Source: Ionaspis alba
Lineage: Eukaryota
NCBI GenBank assembly: GCA_964255285.1
Contig: CAXUUL010000004.1
Coordinates: forward strand, 62,001 to 109,295
Direction: 5' to 3'
DNA: 47,295 nt
Part shown: in pieces, positions 1 through 10,888 of the stretch
Layout of the letters: every line of letters begins with the position of its first letter
Numbering within the stretch: position 1 is the first letter of the stretch
Program-made: the position numbers and the translations under genes
The notes under the pieces: generated by a model
Seen by the model: the letters and a program-made list of their open reading frames with translations, nothing else
Database searches by the model: none
What the model was told of the DNA's origin: nothing

Positions 1-1358
1 TGTGTCTTGTGTAGAGTCAACGACGATGGGTTCCGGGGCTTCGCCTTCCGACGAGGTGTCGCTACCTAAGTAGGCCTTGAGGTCGTTCGCATCAATGTCA
101 GCTCTGCTGCCTGAGAAAGCCCTTTTCTGGACTTCCTTTCTTGCATTATCCTCAGCGTCCCAAGTTAGGCGGACTTTGCTATGTTGAAGCGCGTCTGTGA
201 CGAATTCGTTGGGACGATACCCGTTAGGTATCCGTTCACAGACGTCCCGGGGCTTGTCGTCCGAGAAGTCCATTCCTTCCGGTACGAATCTCAGATCGAA
301 GAAATTGGCCGTGGTAAGATACTCCGTACCGTCCACTGCATTGTAGATAGCTTCTGCCACAGCTTTTGACGAGCAGGTGAGCACGGCGTAGTAGTATCGT
401 AATCTCTCGAGCTGGTATCGACGAAGCCTTGCGGAGTCGAACTCCTCCCCCTGATCCTCTTTCAGTAAAGATTTCCTGATCTTATCGTCTTCCTCCTCGC
501 CATCGCCTTCCTCCCCTTCCTCCTCTTCTTCCGAGGAGAAAGCATGCACATCACTTTCTTGTTCCTGGACCGCATTCTTCACGAAGATCTCCTTCGGTGG
601 CCCCTCCATCTCCTCTCTCTCCATTCTTTCCTTTCCAAACTCGCTCGGGAATACATCAACTCTGACAATTCTTCCACTACCCGCAGGCACAAAGCTCTCA
701 AATACAGCCATTAAGTCGAACGCACGAATATTATCCCAATCCAGGTTTACAACTGCAATGCGCGAACTGACCTCCCCCGCTTGCACACCATTTCCATCTT
801 CACCATGTTGATCCGCAAACCCAAAAACCTCTTCCTCCTCGACCTCTACATCTGCTTCTTCAGATGACGTCTCATCGCTCGAGGATTCGTCAAATCCTCC
901 GCTCCTCGCGGGATCATAGTCTGGCCTGCCCTGCCCTTCCATTCGTCTCAGCTCTTTCTCGACCTCCTCATCGTCGTCTATCTCAATCTCTTCCTCGCTA
1001 TTCTCGTCCTGCTCCACATCCTCGACCCGGTAAAACCTCTCCAGTTCTTTTCTACCAGATCCCTTTGCCAGTTTCCTTCCGTAGCGATCTACTTTTGCTC
1101 GAGAAGAGAAGCGCTCATCTCTGAGCATGTGCGCAAAGCGCTTGTCGATTTGGACATGGGTGTTCCATTTCGAGGGAAGTCGAAAGCGAGGATCGGTTTG
1201 GATACTTGAGAATCGGGGATCCGCTGAATAGAATTTCATCAGTGAGATTTAGGGAGAGAGAGGGGCCTAAGGGAAAGCATCATACTTATGGGTGAGTCTA
1301 GGTTGTGGGGTTTGGATTGGGCACCCTTCGGAACTTTTTGGGAACGTGCTTTTGACAT
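1..1358 (-). CDS. ESF1: Pre-rRNA processing protein ESF1 (5' part; continues past the window start)
   Basis: Not in the ORF track. ATG at 1358, exon 1286-1358, intron 1224-1285 (GTATGA...CAG). The next exon reads DPRFSSIQTDPRFRLPSKW...IDKRFAHML...KVDRYGR, then an acidic tract, RIAVVNLDWDNIRAFDLM and LRRYQLERLRYYYAV, all hallmark ESF1 motifs. Confidence 0.93.
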
Positions 1359-1787
1359 TGTTCTTGGCTGTGGAACGGAAGATGGGCAACAGAATAGCTC
1401 TTGTGCACAATGATCATTTGTTGGGGAGATCAGCTACGAATATTGATTTTCTGGATTGGTGTGGAGATATTCACAGCCGTATTGGCACTTCGTAGGAATT
1501 CTTCCAAAACGTTTGATGCCAAGGAAAGCAGCCGGGGGTGGTTTCCACAATGACAGCGACGAGGCCCAGGGGGGGAAAGGGCTCGGACTTAAGCGTTCTC
1601 TACGCGTTGTTGAGTAATGATCCCCTGGAATAAAGTTGACGACTTAGGAACCACATTAGTTGCAGTGGCGTGCGACAGACATAAATGAGATGTTGACATA
1701 AATTATTCGATATCATTTCTATATCGTTCACAAGCCTCCATAATTTCACCGCGTAGCCTAGACTTTCTTTACCTTATCCTTCCATCG

Positions 1788-3947
1788 TCAGAATACAGCA
1801 TATGAAAAGAACATAAAGGCGAATAGAAGAGCCAAAGGGCGACCAGATCCCCGGACACCAAAGCTCGGACAAACCTTTCTCGCATCTGAAATTTTGTCTC
1901 CGCCAGATGCACCGCTAGACGTAGCCGCAGTTGGAGAAGTTAACGTAGCTGGAGGACCGAACGTCTTCTGTGCACCATCATAGCTCAGACAAGCTGTGGG
2001 CAAGGTGAAGGTCGTAGAAGCGATGGTGAAAGCCTCCGCCTCGCTTTTCATGAATCCCCCAATACCAACTTCTAATTCGCCAATAACGCCCACGCTTAGC
2101 CCCACTGAAGGAACGATGTTGGTGAGATTTCCCAACAGCTTCTCCAACGTGGAGGGAAGGTCCCCAATGATTGAATCGTGAGCATTCTCACATTTACCGT
2201 CCACGTTCCTGAGCTGCGTAACGTTTACCGAGACTTCAGGGAGGTCGAGAAAGGCTCCGATGCCACCAGTAGCCGTTCCGCCCGGAAGATTGATACCAAG
2301 GAGGATCTGAGGGGAAAGGCTCAGACTGAAGATGAGAGACGGTATAGGAACATCCGCTTGAAATGGAAGGGAATGGATAATGCTTTGATCACTATTGGGC
2401 AGTCAGGCTAGATAGCTCTTGTATTCACGGGCCAATCTGCCAGAACATACAAGCCGCTCATTGTAGATTTGTTCAATTCTGTCATATTAAGCGTAATGCT
2501 AGACCCGTCGGGAACCTGCCTCCTGTCAGCATATTGTGATATACCGAATTCGCTGTGGTTTCACCGAAACATTAAATCCATGGGAAAAGTTCAGCTGTTC
2601 AGCAAACGTGATGGAAGCTATGATTCGCGGTAGTACTAGTGGCCCGAGAACAGCAACGCCTGGAATCTATCAAAAAGGTGCATCAGTAGTCTCGATCGAT
2701 GTGGAGGATTCTGTTAAGCAGATGATTACCTCGATGGGACTGAGAGGAATTGCTGGTAGTGACGCTGTGAAGCTCTTCAACTGCTGCGATGGCGCTAGCT
2801 GTGTTTCGAGCTCAACATGGGCAAAGAAATCATGTGCAATGAGCTCAAGGAAGCCGTGCTGAAAAAATTGAATGGTGTTATTTGTATCTTGAATGAAACT
2901 ATGGTTGCCAGACAGGGTGAAAGAGCCTCTGGTTATTTCGAGACTTCCGGCCAGCGTACAATTCTTACAAGACATGGTTAAGGGCGGCCTGCCAAAGGTT
3001 AGCGCCGCTTAAATTTCGATACTATCTTGACTTACAAGATCTGGTCTACCACTGGGATCTGAGGCGGCATGATCACGTGGTTGAGAAGCTCTAGATTTAT
3101 TTCTTGCTTGATCACGTTCGAAGATGCCGATGGTGGCGGCGTCGGGAACGATATTGGAGAAGGAGTCCCCGAAGATTGCACGATCGTTGTACTTGGCGAT
3201 TGCCGTTTCCTTAGTTGTCGCTCGTTACGGAGCTCGAAATCCAGTCTATCATAGTGTGAACTTATGTCAACAGTAGTAGATTGAAATGCATTATGCCACG
3301 TCAGCGATTCTGCGTGGTATTTAAGTTGCGTGCCATTCGCTGATGCGGGTTCCGAGATACTAAGATGGTGTGAGTCTCAAGGAGACCTTTAGATAGACAA
3401 GAAAGGCATCTGGGAAATCGAATGGCATACAGATAGGGTGTGCGATGTCCATCTTGGTTGCAACCGAGATGAGCAGTGACTAGAATATATGGATGCGCTT
3501 CATCAAGTTCTATTTTTATTCGATTCAATGCTTGGATTGAAGTGAACTGAAGGACGATTGCGGAATTGGCGCATCGAATTTGATAGATGTCTTCTTCAAT
3601 GTCTTCCAGAGCGAGCACCGGCCACTTTGACACAACAGACAGACGAACGCCCACCGACTGTGTTTGAGTGCTCGAATCTGTTTCAGAACAGTACGTGAGT
3701 AATACAGAGGTGGCTAGATTTAGAAGGACGATTTACCATGAATGAAGTGGAACTCAGCCTGATTGTTGAGAACTCGAGAGGCTCTGCTAGTCTTTAGCCC
3801 CGGAGACCACGTCGCGGCAGCCAATTTTCGAGCCAGTGGATTGATTGAGCCAGAACCAGGACTTCTAGCATCACTTCTCCCTATTGTTCCAAGTCCGCAG
3901 AACGCAGCACATAGGAACCAAAAAATTGTCTGAGATATCGAAGACAT
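1788..3947 (-). CDS. Secreted, probably GPI-anchored fungal protein (multi-exon)
   Basis: Signal-like N-terminus MSSISQTIFWFLCAAFCGLG. Spliced exons join into VLALEDIE...LVTAHLGCNQDGHRTPY, a Kex2-like LRKR site and CKNCTLAG. It ends with an S/T-rich stretch and the hydrophobic tail LALLFAFMFFSYAVF. Internal exon boundaries are only partly traced. Confidence 0.75.
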
Positions 3948-4445
3948 GCGGAGAGAGCTCGAGCTTGAGATGAGAGGTCAAGACAACGGGAGCAGCAGTG
4001 GAAAATGGCGGTGTCAAAATGCTGAAGCACCAGCAGACTTCCTAGGCTTATAGACATCCTTCGTTGAGGCGGAGAGCAACCCAGTACTGTGTACCGCGAC
4101 TATCTTCATGCCATAGCGGTCGAAAGCTCCCAGGTTTATTGACGGAATGGCACCTACCTTAGAGCGGCGTAGTGCTCCACGATTCAGACCAGGTTGCGTT
4201 TCAGCCATGGTACGCTCCCGTATGCAGTGTGAAGAGGAATGCCCGACGGTGGCACGGATGGAGGACGTCGTGGCTTGGGCTGCATGGATGAAAAGGCTTC
4301 ACATCAGTGACCGATTTGAGCAAGCTTTAAAACAATGCAAGAATTTCCAGATCCAATATTGAGAGCATTGATATTCATACATCAATATTTCTATCCCAGA
4401 CAATACGTATCATCGCCTCTTTTTGACGGATAAAAGGATTACGAT

Positions 4446-4678
4446 CAACAATGCCAATCGAAAATCTGGAAAATAACGGAGCTGTGAAGCGAACAGGACG
4501 NNNNNNNNNNNNNNNNNNNNNNNNNNNNNNNNNNNNNNNNNNNNNNNNNNNNNNNNNNNNNNNNNNNNNNNNNNNNNNNNNNNNNNNNNNNNNNNNNNNN
4601 CAACAATGCCAATCGAAAATCTGGAAAATAACGGAGCTGTGAAGCGAACAGGACGGGAGCTGTGAAGCGAACAGGACG
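4446..4678. repeat. 55-bp sequence duplicated on both sides of a 100-N gap, plus a 23-bp tandem repeat
   Basis: 4446-4500 is identical to 4601-4655. GGAGCTGTGAAGCGAACAGGACG is tandem at 4633-4655 and 4656-4678. N run at 4501-4600. Confidence 0.95.
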
Positions 4679-5481
4679 AGAGCAATCCTTTCGCACCCCT
4701 GGAGAGGTTGAAACACGGGAGCGGACGACGTGATTTGCAGGATGTCGTTTAAGCGCCGAGCTCAAGTCTCTGTATCTACCCACGAGAGGTGCAGACCCAC
4801 CATGAATAGGAAGAAGTCAGACGAAGATACTCGGCCACAACGCCACGACAGAGTGCCGCTATCGTGCATTTACTGCTTCGGCCTGGAGATCACGAGCATC
4901 TGGAAAGAAGAGGTGCATAAACAACAAGGCCACACCTAACGACTGCTCGACCCTTCGCAACGAGTCCGGACGGACAGGACTTGCTACAGCAATGTGGAGG
5001 CTAGACTGGTGAAGCTGAGGCAGAGCACTTGCGTTTCGTCTGGTCACCGAAAGTCAGAGGTCCTGCTCCGAATCCTTTCTCTCTGTGCACGCCACACTGC
5101 CGCCTGTTCCCTGCCCTTGCTGCCGCGGTAAGGAGATTGGGGGTTGGCCCGCTCGTGCCAACGGAAGATTTAGGCGACTCCGGCCAGGGATTAGTGGCTA
5201 AGTCCCGAAGTTACACAACTCGAGGGTAGTTGGGAGCATCTACTGGACTTAAGCTGATACGCAGCTCATTCGAGCGTCGCTGTGACACGATTTTCTTCCC
5301 TGAAACCTGCAAATCCCACAACGAACGGCCGTCTTTATTGCGTTTTTCATGGTCAAATCATAGAAAGTCCCGCAGAGCATGGCGCCTTCGACGAGGCACC
5401 CAGCCCCTTCTATGAAAAGACAGTCCTCTTTGCCCCGAAGCGCCACGCCAAATTCAGAAATGGCAGAAACTTTTTATGAGC

Positions 5482-6730
5482 TCATGTCATGGTGGTTTCC
5501 ATCTCATTGTTCCCATGCATCACGCTATCCTCCCTCATAGCACGGTTTTCCCGCTCTGAATCCAAACCAAGTTCAATGTTTCTGGGGATATCTTTGTTCG
5601 ACTCACGCGCTTTCTTCTCCGCCCACGCCCGAGTCCTGACCAGCTCCAGCAGTTTCGACCTGGTTCTATCGCCTTGACTAAGAAGGATGGCTTCATTGAC
5701 ACGTTTAGCAACGTCCTTACGTAGGCTAGGATCAAGTAACGCCTTAAGCGGTGGAGCAAGATTTTCTGGAGGAAAAATGAGAAGAGACATAGTCCGCTCA
5801 AGATCTTCAAGAAATTCAGGGCTGGTCGGAGCGCGAGGAGCAAGATGAGTGGTGGCAAACGTTAAAGCTGGAGTGATGTCGCCATTTGCAGTTGAGGTGC
5901 ATGTGCGAATGAGCTCTACCAGCTGGAGACGAAGGAGAGCAAAGTGAAGAGAAGAATCTCGGTCAAGGATCTGGTAACGCATTAGGCGCGAACAGTAATA
6001 GAGAATGACACATGGCGTATGGACAAAATAAATGGTGCTCAGACTGAAGACTGAAGTAGTTGTAGTTTTGATTCTCATCAACACCTCGGAAGGTATATGA
6101 GTGGTGCATGAAACAAGGTCTAATCATAGCAACGAGAGGGTGACGGCTTTTTGTTTGGCGTATTTGTGGGGAGCCTTACCTGTGGATTCAATTCGTTGAT
6201 TTTTTCTATAGCAGCCTGTATCTCACCTCCATATATCAAGTTCCGTATGTCTACCCGCTCCTGTATCGACTCGACATCCGCTCTTGGCTGAATGTTCGCC
6301 TCAAGAGCGAAGTTCTGTGCGGCTGACGGGTATCCTTCGCTGACCAGATAGTCCATGACTAGGGAATTGATGAGACTACCGTTACGAGAAGAGGTTAGCA
6401 GCTGATCTCCACAACGAGCCGTAGCAAGAATCAAGAGCGTTATTGTACGAGAGCCGATTCAGAGTGACAAGTCAATGTGTCTCCTCAGGGTATTCAGAGA
6501 GATTCCCAACTTGATGAATAATACATCATGCAAAGGTGAAGGGTGTGAAGTTAGAACGGAGCGATCGGCGCAGAAAGAAGGCCTTCTCACGTCTTGCTGA
6601 ATTTGACATCTTGCACTCGAGTCTCGAAGGTGGGTAGCCTAGAAGCAGTTGCGCTGGAGGTTGTGGAGGACGTCTCAGAGGAAGGATCAGCCTCAGCGTG
6701 GAGAGTGCGCTGACAATGTTGGCTCACCAT
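5482..6730 (-). CDS. GID8: GID/CTLH E3 ligase complex subunit Gid8 (LisH-CTLH-CRA)
   Basis: Exons 6728-6730 (ATG only), 6591-6673, 6180-6375 and 5482-5970. LisH LINSLVMDYLVSEGYPSAAQNF, CTLH ERVDIRNLIYGGEIQAAIEKINELNPQIL, CRA ALTFATTHLAPRA...FLEDLERTMSLL. Confidence 0.9.
6035..6132 (-). ncRNA. Intronic box C/D snoRNA in GID8 intron 3
   Basis: Minus strand: box C ATGATTA (6127-6121), D' CCGA (6089-6086), C' TGATGA (6080-6075), D CTGA (6042-6039), terminal TGCT/AGCA pairing. The D guide ACTTCAGTCTTCA is complementary to the conserved LSU rRNA segment UGAAGACUGAAGU. The host intron is 209 nt versus about 55 nt for typical introns here. Confidence 0.85.
6455..6534 (-). ncRNA. Intronic box C/D snoRNA in GID8 intron 2
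   Basis: Minus strand: box C ATGATGT (6529-6523), D' CTGA (6497-6494), C' TGAGGA (6487-6482), D CTGA (6462-6459). The D' guide TGGGAATCTC is complementary to LSU rRNA GAGAUUCCCA. The host intron is 215 nt. Confidence 0.82.
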
Positions 6731-7652
6731 GTTGTCAAGGCAAAGAAGGTTATCTGGTCTCCATCAGCGAGAGCTTGTGCTTGACACTCTGTTCCTGAAA
6801 GCTGTGTTGTACAATAAGGCATCCAGGCAAAATATTTAGTGGGTGCTGCGGACGAACAGTTTTGCAGGCAGACGGAGCTTACTTCTGAGCCGCATTACAC
6901 GAGTTTAGCGGTATCCTAACATAAAATACGACGAGGCTGAACTCCATGAATACCTATACCCGATGAACGTAATTACAGTGCCTTCATGATTGGCCAATAA
7001 CCTGGTCATAAATCAAGCTACTTATGCCTTTTATAAGCTATTGCACAGCAAATAAGCCTGAAGAGTATTGAAACCGCCATAACAGCACCGCCGATATACT
7101 GTATTACGCCCTCCAATTTGCACCCTCGCTCTCCCAACCCCTGAGACCGTGACACGGCGAGCAATGGCGAGTGATATAAAAGTAGTGGCGATTCTTGCCA
7201 AGAAAGTCGGATAAGGATTGAAAGATTCAGAGCTCTCTCCGAATCTTCAAACGTAGAATCATGGATAATATGGTTGTAGCCAGTATCGCCACTATCGATG
7301 ACTGAAACTTACGTGAGCCTGATACCCGATGATAAATTCTCCAGAAAGTCTACTAGCAGGTAGTGAATGCACGATCTTGGCTATACGTATCATCCTCGTA
7401 CTTTGACATTTTCGGCTCTATTCCCCCAAGAGCGCTTATCCCGCTAAAATCCTCACCAGCGGCTGCTCGGGACAGACTGAGAACTTCGTTTCATCGCTCC
7501 TCCCTGAGCACGCGACTTGGATGGAGAGGATGATACGTGCATAGAGTAGACAAAAACAGGGTGGCCGTCATGTCTCGCTTTTCTGTCTTCGGATTCGTGT
7601 GACTTATTGATGTAATCTTACTCCTTCTCTCAAATCGCCCCGCCATCTGGCT

Positions 7653-9200
7653 ATGAACAAGGCGCACTACAGCCCCCCATGGGCGGATACCTCGATAATA
7701 GGCATTGCTGGCTCAAGTGGATCCGGAAAAACTTCTTTGGCTGTTGAGATTGTTTCGCTGCTAAATCTGCCATGGGTGATCATTTTGTCTATGGTAAGCC
7801 ACCCTTCATGTTGCCAAGTAAGTGGTGAAGCCTGACTGTGATAGGACTCGTTTTACAAGCCACTCTCTCCTGCTCAGTCAGAAAAGGCATTCCGGAATGA
7901 ATATGACTTTGACTCTCCCAATGCTATCGATTTTGATGTTCTGGTTGAGAAGTTGCGGGAACTGAAGCAAGGGTACTCAATCTTTGCTATGATGGCTCGT
8001 GGACGGTGTGCTAAAAGGTCCAACTACAGGATGCGGGCAGACATCCCAATCTACTCTTTCGAAAAACACCAGCGGGAGGACATTACTTCGTCTATCTATT
8101 CCCCTCACGTGCTCATCGTTGAAGGCATATTTGCGCTCTATGATCCCCGAGTCCTGGAGCTTCTGGATCTTAAGATTTTTGCCGAGGCCGACGCAGATCT
8201 CTGTCTAGCGCGCAGAAGTACGTAAAAGTGAGACAATGTCTGCAAGCTGTGCAGCTGATGCTAAAACTAGCAAGTTGTCCGTGATGTGCGAGATCGAGGA
8301 AGAGATATTGAAGGCTGTATCAAGCAATGGATTTCCTTCGTGAAGCCGAATTTCCAGCACTATGTTGAACCGCAGCGAAACGTTGCAGATATCATAATAC
8401 CCAGGGGCATTGAAAATCGAGTAGCCATCGACATGGTGGTGAAGCATGTGCAGCGGGTTCTAGTTGAGAAATCGCGGAAACATCAGGAGGACTTGAACAG
8501 GCTTGGCAAGGAGGTGGAGGATAAGCCACTCTCGCACAACGTGTTGCTGCTCAGACAGACGCCGCAAATTCGGGGTATGAATACTGTGATTCAAAATCCC
8601 GAAACGGATGAAGTGGATTTTATCTTCTATTTTGACAGGTTGGCAACTTTGCTGGTTGAGAGGTACGTGATCCACAGGAAGGTGGATTTCTCATATTGTG
8701 GCTTACGAGACGAAAGGGCTATGGACAATATGCATTTCAAACCTGCCGAAGTGACCACTTCTGCAGGGAATAATTACCGAGGTCTTGCCATGGCTGGTGA
8801 AGTAAGTGCAGTGGTGATTCTTCGTGGAGGTAGCTGCTTTGAAACCGGCCTTAAAAGGGTGATCCCCGACTGTCAGACAGGTCGTGTGCTCATTCAGACG
8901 AATTATCGAACGGGGGAACCGGAGCTTCATTACATGAAGCTACCCAACAACATTTCGGCTCAAGATAGTGTACTATTGCTCGATCCTCAAATGTCGAGCG
9001 GAGGAGCAGCATTGATGGCCGTCAGAGTACTAATTGATCACGGAGTCTCAGAGGACAGGATCGTTTTCGTTACATACTTCGCAGGGAAGACGGGAGCGAA
9101 TCGATTACTGAAAGTGTTTCCTGGCGTGAAGGTCGTTGTGTGTAGAATAGTGGAAGATTACGAGGAGCGTTGGATAGAGAGGAGGTATTTCGGCTGCTAA
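7653..9200 (+). CDS. URK1: Uridine kinase with C-terminal UPRTase-like domain
   Basis: P-loop IIGIAGSSGSGKT, SMDSFYK, YDFDSPNAID, VEGIFALYD, RDVRDRGRD. UPRT-like part has FIFYFDRLA, VILRGG and LLDPQMSSGGAA. Four introns, the first starting at 7794 and one at 8663-8716. Confidence 0.93.
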
Positions 9201-9430
9201 GCTGTCTAGCAACTTCTCCGGAAAAGCTCTTCTGAGTCAAAGGAAGAGTACACTTCAGTGCAACGCGCGAAGCCAAGCAGATATAGCGAGACGTGGGGCC
9301 AAGTAAGGAGATTTTGTTACAACCTCATCCGAAACCCAGCGTGCGACCGTCTGTGAATACGTTCGGTCAGTCCTTGTACCAGGAATATATTTGTCAGTCT
9401 CATAGTTGGCATCTACCGAAGTAAGACGAC

Positions 9431-10045
9431 TTACCTCCTGAGCTGCCCTTCTACTTCCATCTTAACTTTCAACAAAGCTTCCAATATCATCTCCTCAACA
9501 GGATCTATAGTATGAGGCTGCAATTCTTCCAAAGACTTACCTTTCGCTTTACCGATGCCACGGGCCGAACCAAATCCCGCCCTGTAATGACCTCTCAGGA
9601 AGAAAGCAATTGAATCTTCCATCGGAAGCAGCCAGTAAGACTTTGGCTAACCTCTCGTTACAATCCTAGCACCAAACTAGATCTCCTATAGGGCCTATAC
9701 ATGACCACAGGTATCGGACAGCAACAAATGGCCTTCCGTTGGTATACCAGATCCTAACTCGTATAAGCAGACGACGTCGTCTGATCCCGGCATTCTCTAG
9801 AAAAGCAAGGAGAGATGCAGTGTAGTAAAATTCAAAGCCGTTTCGGTGGAAGAACATGTCAGACAACTCGTTGTAGACGAACCGACAGGATATTGCGAAA
9901 GGTAAGTTTCGCGACTCAGCTGCATGCTTACGGAAGGACTTTGATTAGAATCCCTCTAAGCCGATACAGTCTGGTGCAACGAAGACGAGATCGTAGATAT
10001 AGTTTCTAATTTCCGGCGGGAGATCGAGAAATGATCGTCTTGTAG
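9431..10045 (-). pseudogene. Degenerate F-box-like ('FLDLPPEIR') fungal hypothetical gene
   Basis: Minus frame reads RSFLDLPPEIRNYIYDLVFVAPDCIGLEGF*SKSF...AISCRFVYNELSDMFFHRNGFEFYY...FLENAG. There is an in-frame TAA at 9945-9947 and further stops/frameshift near 9640-9690. Confidence 0.7.
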
Positions 10046-10888
10046 GAAAAGAGGACTAAAGATTGTATTTCTAGGAAGGTTTCAAGTTATATATACACGT
10101 ATTATAGCGTTCCACGTGATTCAAACCCCTGAAATCCTACAGTCTAGGTGCTGCCTCGGTATCGACGGGACTGTGTTTCGAGCATGTTCAGCCATCTTAG
10201 CTACGGTGAGATCCATTATTCTTTCGGGACCAAAGCTATAGATGTGTCAGGATTTATTCATAAGAATGTAAAATTTAATGACCAGTCAGGGTCGAATATT
10301 AAATAAGCAACGAATGATAACACACCACCTTTACTTTTGGTCACATACTATCAGTCATCGATGAGAATGATTGAGTAGAGGGTTGTATGGATGAGGTGAA
10401 GCTGTTACGGCAGGAGTGGGCCTTGGTGAATAAATCGACAAGATTGCTTCGTCAATCCATCGGAGGGTTCCAGCGATCAGTGCTTCTATCAAGATAGCCC
10501 TCGTGAAGGAAGTGAGCTAATTGCAACAATGCTTTCGCACGAACGAAAGAAAACTTTCCAGCAGGAGACAATTCATACTGATAACCACGTGGTGACACTG
10601 GGGTTGTTCAGACTGCTAATCTGAAAGGCGCACGGCTTACCTTTAATCAATGCACAGTCAAGACGTCCGTTACCGTCAACATAAAGGTACGCTCTCCAAA
10701 TAGAGGATTGTATCCATTCGTTCGAAGATACTGCTCTTTTGCCTAAGTCAATGAAGCTGCCCTATATTAAGGCACCCTAAGTGACTTCGCGAATCACAAA
10801 TCTCCGACTAAGCAAGAAGGTATATGGTCAACTGTGTTTTGATTAAGACGTAATGCTATATACAAGTGTGACTCCATTTCCTGTCCTA

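Noticed and set aside
4300..4390. Possible C/D snoRNA on the minus strand (TTGATGT...CTGA)
   Set aside because: Poor box C, no C'/D' pair, no well-placed rRNA complement.
4446..4678. Direct repeats around the gap as a CRISPR array or target-site duplication
   Set aside because: Eukaryotic context, no spacers, and the duplication length fits an assembly k-mer overlap.
5360..5480. GAAAGTCCC as an RNase MRP/P conserved region I
   Set aside because: No matching 3' P4 strand seen, and it lies in the GID8 3' UTR zone.
7020..7280. Minus-strand frame containing GLGERGC, reminiscent of a P450 heme motif
   Set aside because: Lacks the conserved F and following G, has no start codon and no other convincing P450 motif; likely chance.
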